DNA of 64,000 nt, from the NCBI GenBank assembly GCA_963668675.2, contig CAXXMB010000001.1:736001-800000 (forward strand), in the 5' to 3' direction. The DNA comes from an uncultured Desulfatitalea sp. Lineage in GTDB: Bacteria; Desulfobacterota; Desulfobacteria; Desulfobacterales; Desulfosarcinaceae. Below, piece after piece: positions 58,728-64,000 of this stretch (the first letter of the stretch is position 1; every line of letters begins with the position of its first letter). The translations under genes and the position numbers were made by a program. The notes beneath the pieces are model-generated. The model worked only from the letters and a program-made list of their open reading frames with translations, searched no databases and was not told the origin of the DNA.

Positions 58728-59215
58728 AAATTGATCATACCACATTGATTTGATTCAAAAATACGACCTATAGCCGACGAATTTTCATTTGGCAAGCGTA
58801 AATGGCTCAATTTTAACATTCAACAGAATATCTGAGGATGAAGTTGTACCAAAACAAGGAAGAATTTATCGGGAATCGTGTCTCATTTAAATGTCAATAG
58901 GTTTGAATCTAAAATTTTGGAAAAAATGCAATTTTAAAGTAGCTTTATTATATGTATATGTCGTTATATTATGTAATGTATATAATTGTGCAAAATTAAC
59001 TCTAATATATTTAATTAATGGCAAATTAAACTAAATAAGTTTTTATATATTTGTAAAAATACCTATTTTTATACCATAAAAGATACCGATTTTTTCGATA
59101 TTGACCTCATAATGCTTACTTGCAACAAGAACAGGTCAATAGGGTGCGCTTCCATTTAGCGCAAATGCGGCTTCAAAGATAGGGAAGAGAGAAAAATTCA
59201 AAAAAAGGAGGATGA

Positions 59216-59503
59216 ATGAAAAGATCGACTATGGTTTTATTTACCATGATGACAGTAGCGTTAATGATGGCATGGGCAGTTCCAGCTCTCGCGGAAGAGG
59301 CTGGACTGGTGAACATCAACACAGCAAGCATCGAACAATTGATGACCCTGGACGGCATCGGCGAGAGCTACGCGGAACGCATCATCGAGTTCCGTGAAAA
59401 GAATGGGACTTTCCAAAGTCCTGAAGATTTGCTTAAAATCAAGGGCATAGGAGAAAAGACGCTTGAAACTAACAAAGGTCGCATTTTAGTTCAGAATCAG
59501 TAA
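59216..59503 (+). CDS. comEA: ComEA-family helix-hairpin-helix DNA-binding protein
   Basis: Signal peptide (ALA), VNINTAS..QL..LDGIG...AERII...F...DLLKIKGIG; AAGGAGG RBS. Confidence 0.88.
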   Translation: MKRSTMVLFTMMTVALMMAWAVPALAEEAGLVNINTASIEQLMTLDGIGESYAERIIEFREKNGTFQSPEDLLKIKGIGEKTLETNKGRILVQNQ

Positions 59504-59521
59504 AGGATAGTGCAAGAGGGG

Positions 59522-59556
59522 AGAACCAGAAACCCGACTATCGGGTTTCTGGTTCT
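59522..59556 (+). terminator. Intrinsic terminator after comEA
   Basis: Perfect 16-bp stem AGAACCAGAAACCCGA-CTA-TCGGGTTTCTGGTTCT. Confidence 0.7.
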
Positions 59557-59960
59557 ATTTCTGGCTGACTACGAGCACCATAATTTCACATCCGCGAAAA
59601 AATCTCGCCTCATCATACCAATCATCGCACATTCGGTTTAAGATCTCATAAAAAACTTAAACAATAGATAAATTCATGTCCTATTGACAGGGATTACCAA
59701 ATATGTTCAATAGGCGAACGCATACTCAAATGTTTGAATTTATTTCAATCCATTTGTCATGAAGAATTTGCGAGACACGTAGGTTGGTTCTCCATAATTT
59801 AAATGGCACATGAGTTTACCCTACTGGTCTGACCTAGGCATTTGCCGCCTTTAAACTCTTCCCTGTACGGTAACGCCATCTTAAATATCGTCGGTTATGT
59901 GAAGCCATGATTGGAAGTCACCATGCGGAGCTATTTAACCAAGGCCAGGTGAGCCCTTCT

Positions 59961-60593
59961 ATGGATCCAGTAAAAATCAAGTTGCTGAGAGTACTGGAGG
60001 CACTCGGGGATAATGGTGTGCAAAGTCAGCGTGCACTTTCTGTGAGCCTCAATATTTCATTGGGAACTGTGAACGCTTTGATCCAAGGGGGGATTAAAAG
60101 AGGGCATCTGACGGTAGCGTTGTCGGATGAGAAAAAAACAACTTATTCAATAACTCCGAAAGGTATGGAACGGAAATCTGAGTTGGCCGTCCAATATATT
60201 CAAAATTCACTAGAGCACTATAAGTATATAAAACTTACAATTCAGGGTTTGATTGAACATCTGGCTGCCTCAGGAGTGAGAAATGTCGTTCTTTATGGAG
60301 CAAATGAGTTTTCGGAAATTTTTTGCATTGCAATTCAGAAGTATGATCTCAACCTTGTGGCCATACTTGATAGCGAACAAGAAGGGAAAAAGATAGCTGA
60401 AAAAACAGTACTGGACAGCTCTTTTCTCCATAAGACCCAATTTGACGCAATGATAATCACCTCAATGCCGATACCTGATTCACTGACAAAAATTTTAGCA
60501 ACAGGCGGTGTTTCATTCTCAAACATCTATAGCATCAGAGATCTATTTAATACCGATACCATCCAAAAAGCGTTTAAAAATAAATGCTTTTAA
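59961..60593 (+). CDS. MarR-type winged-helix regulator of the EPS-associated type, with C-terminal Rossmann-like domain
   Basis: SQRALSVSLNISLGTVN...YSITPKGMERK, then VVLYGA; heads polysaccharide genes. Confidence 0.8.
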   Translation: MDPVKIKLLRVLEALGDNGVQSQRALSVSLNISLGTVNALIQGGIKRGHLTVALSDEKKTTYSITPKGMERKSELAVQYIQNSLEHYKYIKLTIQGLIEHLAASGVRNVVLYGANEFSEIFCIAIQKYDLNLVAILDSEQEGKKIAEKTVLDSSFLHKTQFDAMIITSMPIPDSLTKILATGGVSFSNIYSIRDLFNTDTIQKAFKNKCF

Positions 60594-60726
60594 AACGATA
60601 TCGGGAGGATATCGGCGAGTCATACCGTGGTGGAATAATAAGGCTGTATGTGCCAACTACAGCGAGGCACAGATTAGAAGAACAATTGCCCTTATCAGGG
60701 GGCGTATATATTTCGCGGAGGCGTTT

Positions 60727-61839
60727 GTGCGAATTGTACTAGTTGGATCGAAGCATGCGGATCGCCGCAATATGGAACACCTCGTATATCGCATCGGTGA
60801 AATCATGGATTGTCGCCATACCGTTTCGATCGTTGGACCAAGTCGTGTATCGGAACGAATTGAACGGAAATTTAAGTGGTTTTCATGGGAAAAAATTCAG
60901 CACGACGGGTTCCTGTTTAATCTTTGTATCGATCCGATATCATCAAGGATCGTACGACTAGTGAAACACGCGAAATCGTGGCGGCCGGACGTATTGGTCG
61001 CTTTGGGAAGTATTGGAGTCAACGGTTTGGCCGTTTCGATTGCGGGAAAACTGGCAGGCATACCCAGTGTGGTTCGCTTGACGAGTGATGTCTTCAAGGT
61101 ATATTCTTCAAAGCCGAAGCTCCGGCAGAAACTGAGAATGTTCATTCGTAACAATATTCTTGGTTATATCGCACTTAAAACAGCGGATCGTGTCTTACTG
61201 CTCCACGAAAGCCAGCGTTCCCAAATGGTTTCTTTAGGTATCCCACCTCATCGACTCCTTGTGGCACCGCAGCCCATTGTTTTCCCGGAACATCAGTCAG
61301 AAGATTTGCAGGAGATACGAAAGGAATTGGGAATTACCAAAGAAGCCCTTGTTGTGCTCTCGACGATGCGACTGGATCCGGACAAACGAACGGATCTTAT
61401 GGCAAAGGTGGTTAATCACGTCTTGAGCATGGATGTCCAGCGACCGGTACATTTTGTCATTATCGGTGATGGTGAATGTCGTGTAAAACTTCAAGAAAGA
61501 ACTGCACTTTACCATTCAAGGGTCCATTTTTTAAAAGAGCTACCGAGAGATAAGCTTGCCTCATATTACCGCACTGCCAACCTATACCTGCATCTTTCAA
61601 AAAGTGAGGGGCTTTCCAATTGTATTGCTGAGGCGCTTTACTTCGGATTGCCTGTCATCGCCAGTGATTCAGGCACGATTACGAGAAGTATGGTATCCAA
61701 TGTGGTCGATGATTATAAAGATATCGGTAGTATGATTATTAGCGGGGGTGTAAAGAGAGATATGCTCCCGGGTGAATTGCTACCTGATAACAACCATCTG
61801 GCGTGGTTGAAAGCAGTAGAATTGGAGTTTCAAAATTAA
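60727..61839 (+). CDS. Glycosyltransferase family 4 (GT-B)
   Basis: RLDPDKR, IIGDG, SKSEGLSNCIAEALYFGLPVIASD (EX7E); GTG start after GGAGG. Confidence 0.85.
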   Translation: MRIVLVGSKHADRRNMEHLVYRIGEIMDCRHTVSIVGPSRVSERIERKFKWFSWEKIQHDGFLFNLCIDPISSRIVRLVKHAKSWRPDVLVALGSIGVNGLAVSIAGKLAGIPSVVRLTSDVFKVYSSKPKLRQKLRMFIRNNILGYIALKTADRVLLLHESQRSQMVSLGIPPHRLLVAPQPIVFPEHQSEDLQEIRKELGITKEALVVLSTMRLDPDKRTDLMAKVVNHVLSMDVQRPVHFVIIGDGECRVKLQERTALYHSRVHFLKELPRDKLASYYRTANLYLHLSKSEGLSNCIAEALYFGLPVIASDSGTITRSMVSNVVDDYKDIGSMIISGGVKRDMLPGELLPDNNHLAWLKAVELEFQN

Positions 61840-61908
61840 AAATGAAGTTGTCTGACTGAGTTAGAAAAAGGGGAATAATATTCAGTGTAAAATCTTAAAG
61901 GTGAGTAA

Positions 61909-62745
61909 ATGCATCCAACCTTGATATACATTCTGGGGGCAGGCAATAGCGGCAGCACACTGTTGAGCATGGTTCTTGGCGCTCATTCCCGAATCGCGTC
62001 CGTAGGTGAAATCGTGCAATTGGATCGTTGGTATTCAAACGGGGGATTGTGCAGTTGTGGGGAAACACTTTCAAATTGCAATATGTGGGGGCCCCTTTTA
62101 GGGAACAAAAACCGGAAAGCAAATGTTCCGGTGGCCCCCGTACCGAAAAGGGCCAATTTTTTTGTCAGCAATTCCTCAAGATTCAGAAAAGATCCTCAAC
62201 TCACAGAGACGATTCAGCGTAATATTGAAATTTATGATAAAGTCCTCAATTCACAAAAAGTCGACACTCTGGTAGATTCGAGCAAAGATCCGTTGCATTT
62301 CTACTATCTGCATCGAAGTGGATACTTCAAAATCATTCCGGTTTTGCTGGTCCGACGTGGTGATGACTATATGGAATCAGCTCTGAGGCGGGGCAGTTCA
62401 AGGATTTCCGCCGTTTTGCGTTGGTTAAAGTTGAATGTTTCTGCCAAAAAAGCCCTCAATGAACTGAGGCTAAAGGAAACAGTCGTCCATGTCAAATTCA
62501 AGAATTTGGTGAGTGAGCCAGAAAATGCCTTGAAAGCAATATGCAAAATGGCGGGACTTGAATACGAACCACAGATGCTGGACTTTTACAAGCAGCCTCA
62601 CCATAATATTGCAGGAACACATACTCGCTTCAACCCCCGACCGATAGAGGACGTGGGGCCTAAAGGCAAGAACCTAAGTGCGAGAGATCGTGCAATCTTC
62701 TGGGCTTCAGGAGGATTCATATGGAACAAACGCTTTGGCGCTTAG
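61909..62745 (+). CDS. PAPS-dependent sulfotransferase
   Basis: 5'-PSB loop GAGNSGSTLL, LGAHS...GE, VDSSK, LVRR, KNLVSEPE. Confidence 0.8.
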   Translation: MHPTLIYILGAGNSGSTLLSMVLGAHSRIASVGEIVQLDRWYSNGGLCSCGETLSNCNMWGPLLGNKNRKANVPVAPVPKRANFFVSNSSRFRKDPQLTETIQRNIEIYDKVLNSQKVDTLVDSSKDPLHFYYLHRSGYFKIIPVLLVRRGDDYMESALRRGSSRISAVLRWLKLNVSAKKALNELRLKETVVHVKFKNLVSEPENALKAICKMAGLEYEPQMLDFYKQPHHNIAGTHTRFNPRPIEDVGPKGKNLSARDRAIFWASGGFIWNKRFGA

Positions 62746-62824
62746 CTGAATGAATCACCAATCCTTTTCTTAGCCCGACGGTACCGATTCGCAAAAAGCT
62801 GAACGAAACTGAACGCAATTATCA

Positions 62825-64000
62825 ATGGGCTTTCATAAAAAAAATCTCCATAAATATGGCGCCGGATTGTTTTACAATGCCGTTGGAGCCGGATTTGCCG
62901 TGCTTTCCCAGATTTTTCTGGCAAGACTCATGGGCCCATCCGATTTCGGCATACTGACACTTACGCTTTCTCTTGTGTTGCTTCCTACATCGATCGCAGA
63001 TTTTGGCGTCACAGCATCTTTGCCCAGATTTATTGCTGTCAGTATCGGTGAAAATCGTCCCACCCGGGTTAGAGCTATACTATTAAAAGGCGGTTTGTTC
63101 ATGGGGGGGAGCGCTGCAATTTTTACATGCCTCATGTACATTTTGGCACCAATAATCGCGGGTTGGATGGATATAGAGCAATTATCGCATACCATTTCGG
63201 TCTTGGCCGTTTTCATACCTGCCATATACGCTAAAAACTATTGTTCAGCTATTCTCAAAGGCACTGGAAACAACGTAGTTGAGATTTTTTTAAGCCAGGT
63301 CGTTTTTCTATCAGTAACATTTGGGTTGGGAGTTTTTTTTTGGATGAAAACACACTCAACCGCGATGGTTGTCGCGGGGCATGGAATTGGCTATGTCGTG
63401 ACATTATGTATTTTTACGTTTTACGCTTGGCGACACGCCTCCACCTACAGATTAGTAAAGTCAGAGGCTTTTAGATTGATGGAATTGTTATCCCATGGAT
63501 TGCCGTTGAACATAACCGCGTTGGCCCAAAGAATCTTCCAGCGCGCAGATGTAATCATCATTGGAACCCTTTTGAACGAGCACGCAGTGGGACTCTATAA
63601 AGTCGCTTTTGCTGCGGCTTCGGGCATAAAGCATTTGATTACACCATTGAACAATTTTGCCGGATATTGGCTTGGAATATACGCAGGAAGCAAACAGAAA
63701 GATAACATGCGCCGCTACTACATGGGGCTGGTAATGTCCAGTCTTGTCTTAACTCTCCCGGCATATTTTCTTCTATTTATTTTAGCAGGTGATGTTATTC
63801 CCGTGATTTTTGGAGATGAATACAAAGCCGCGATATTATTGACGCAAATACTATGCCTGGGTTTCATCTACTTTACTGCGGTAGGACCTATGGGAACGCT
63901 GTTCAATACGGTAGGTCGAAACTGGGTTCGTATGTGGTTGGTTATCGGCATGAGCATATTCAATATAGCAGCCAATATCATACTGATCAGGCTCATCGGC
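62825..64000 (+). CDS. Polysaccharide flippase (Wzx/PST family), 3' truncated by window edge
   Basis: Read from sequence: MGFHKKNLHKYGAGLFY...QIFLARLMGPSDFG...ADFGV..., multiple TM segments; absent from the ORF track, consistent with no stop inside the window. Confidence 0.8.
   Translation, partial: MGFHKKNLHKYGAGLFYNAVGAGFAVLSQIFLARLMGPSDFGILTLTLSLVLLPTSIADFGVTASLPRFIAVSIGENRPTRVRAILLKGGLFMGGSAAIFTCLMYILAPIIAGWMDIEQLSHTISVLAVFIPAIYAKNYCSAILKGTGNNVVEIFLSQVVFLSVTFGLGVFFWMKTHSTAMVVAGHGIGYVVTLCIFTFYAWRHASTYRLVKSEAFRLMELLSHGLPLNITALAQRIFQRADVIIIGTLLNEHAVGLYKVAFAAASGIKHLITPLNNFAGYWLGIYAGSKQKDNMRRYYMGLVMSSLVLTLPAYFLLFILAGDVIPVIFGDEYKAAILLTQILCLGFIYFTAVGPMGTLFNTVGRNWVRMWLVIGMSIFNIAANIILIRLIG

Noticed and set aside
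60508..60726. N-terminal extension of the GT4 overlapping the regulator gene
   Set aside because: GTG at 60727 has a GGAGG RBS and gives a typical MRIVLV start.
1..64000. CRISPR arrays, rRNA/tRNA genes, IS elements, prophage or integrase
   Set aside because: No regularly spaced repeats, RNA-gene signatures or transposase/integrase/phage motifs seen by eye; an Infernal/tRNAscan run would be needed to exclude small RNAs.

Overview
Bacterial chromosomal window, probably from a sulfate-reducing deltaproteobacterium of the Desulfobacterales type (inferred from gene content and protein style, not proven). Left to right: (i) a partial TPR/GT-C-like membrane protein converging on a type IV filament cluster with MSH-like gene order (pilM-pilN fusion, pilO, GspB/MshK-like, secretin, ExeA/MshM-LysM, PilB/MshE, PilC/MshG, a membrane-anchored sigma54 activator, and a pilin preceded by a sigma54 promoter and a tandem enhancer-like pair); (ii) a divergent class III adenylate cyclase, ispF, uvrB, uvrC, mdh; (iii) a TPR protein, an MglA GTPase with no adjacent mglB, a DUF4388/PATAN + two-cNMP-domain protein and a PilZ protein; (iv) purC, an orphan ParB-like gene, TetR; (v) an acetate module (acs, sodium:solute symporter, a 28-aa membrane micro-protein missing from the ORF track, a Zn-ribbon/TM protein, a membrane PAS-DEDDh exonuclease); (vi) housekeeping genes (SF2 helicase, PilZ, cyclophilin, PflX radical SAM, PatB, YhdH/AcuI, ABC exporter, USP, DUF711/ACT pair, DHH-CBS); (vii) a pfaBC-like PUFA synthase gene running directly into oleABCD; (viii) comEA-like gene and the start of a lower-GC, probably sulfated-polysaccharide locus whose flippase runs off the right edge. 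No rRNA, tRNA, CRISPR array, transposase or integrase was seen. The strongest candidates for novelty are the one-component membrane sigma54 activator with its predicted pilin enhancer/promoter, and the MglA/PATAN-cNMP/PilZ module that shares an upstream palindrome with the pilin gene.
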